Source: Ostrea edulis (Eukaryota). Taken from it: 64,000 bases of DNA. Position 1 is the first letter of the stretch, and each line of letters opens with the position of its first letter. The position numbers were made by a program, and so were the translations under genes. Below the pieces are notes generated by a model that saw only the letters and a list, made by a program, of their open reading frames with translations, searched no databases and was not told where the DNA came from. This document shows, piece by piece, positions 63,070 to 64,000 of the stretch. Location of the stretch: NCBI RefSeq assembly GCF_947568905.1, contig NC_079166.1, positions 91,202,001-91,266,000 of the forward strand, in the 5' to 3' direction.

Positions 63070-63421
63070 CTGCTTTTTTCAATGAAAGGTTTGTCATTAG
63101 TACTGAGGACTCCTACAGGCGTTTGAATGGCAAATATGTAATACAAGTTTATATATCTGGATCAAGGTCAGTTCTACGTCACGAGTGGTTAAATACCCGA
63201 CACGGAGTCCAGGTTAGGGAGACTTAACACTTCTGTTCAGCACGCGCTTACTGTTACGAGATGATGATACTTTTTATGAAATTACTCGACAATACTCGTA
63301 GAAGAATAGAACAGAAAACTGTTTCATTCCTTGCAACTGAATATGAAGTACTTATGTTGCACATGTATGTTGTTATGGGTTCGAACAAACCATGCACTCT
63401 GTCACCCCAGTCTTTATTATG

Positions 63422-64000
63422 AAAGGTGAAGATACCGAACAGTGATCAATCTCATAGCTCCTATAAAGGTGAAGATAACGAACAGTGATCAATCTCATAG
63501 CTCCTATAAAGGTGAAGATAACGAACAGTGATCAATCTCATAGCTCCTATAAAGGTGAAGATAACGAACAGTGATCAATCTCATAGCTCCTATAAAGGTG
63601 AAGATCACGAACAGTGATCAATCTCATAGCTCCTATAAAGGTGAAGATAACGAACAGTGATCAATCTCATAACTCCTATAAAAGTGAAGATACCGAACAG
63701 TGATCAATCTCATAACTTCTATAAAGGTGAAGATAACGAACAGTGATCAATCTCATAGCTCCTATAAAGGTGAATATAACGAACAGTGATCAATCTCGTA
63801 ACTCCTATAAAAGTGAAGATAACAAACAGTGATCAATCTCATAAGTCCGATAAAGGTGAAGGCAACAGTGATCAGTCTCATAACTCCTATAAAGGTGAAG
63901 ATACCGAACAGTGATCAGTCTCATAACTCCTATCAAGGTGAATATAATGAACAGTGATCAATCTCATAACTCCTATCAAGGTGAATATAACGAACAGTGA
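63422..64000 (-). repeat. 43-bp tandem array (13 or more units, runs off the window) equal to the family B 3' terminus
   Basis: Unit TAAAGGTGAAGATAACGAACAGTGATCAATCTCATAGCTCCTA, matching 18428-18471 and 16843-16886. Confidence 0.95.

Noticed and set aside
63422-64000. CRISPR-like array (also 56413-56897 and 945-1476)
   Set aside because: Head-to-tail units without unique spacers, no cas genes, eukaryotic context.

Overview
AT-rich, repeat-dense animal genomic DNA with two N gaps (25911-26041, 58516-58715). The repeat families look bivalve-like, probably oyster; that comes from recalled repeat families, not from a search. There are two host genes, both on the minus strand, and both had to be rebuilt from splice signals. 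(1) A patatin-like phospholipase: 13 frame-consistent exons from 38323 down to the stop at 16684, carrying GGGAKG, GASAG and DGG; its 5' end is uncertain. (2) A divergent 7TM class-A-like GPCR: an ATG-only first coding exon at 10572-10574 plus a large exon at 7253-8362. The rest is transposon debris and tandem repeats: a Gmr1-type LTR remnant (IN-RT-RH order), RTE, L2 and CR1-like LINE fragments, SINEs, MITEs, Helentron-type HINEs, a local duplication at about 40-48 kb and a 4.5-kb 25-bp satellite. The most interesting signal is a non-coding ~350-nt repeat family carrying a minimal type I hammerhead ribozyme in six copies. One insertion holds two ribozymes whose cleavage sites are exactly 350 nt apart, as in retrozymes. 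The complete plus-strand copies share a 3' end, and two insertions show ATT microhomology with the target. The window also holds Penelope-like GIY-YIG and RT fragments that could mobilise the family, and a 43-bp array made only of the 3'-terminal segment of the Penelope-like RT family.
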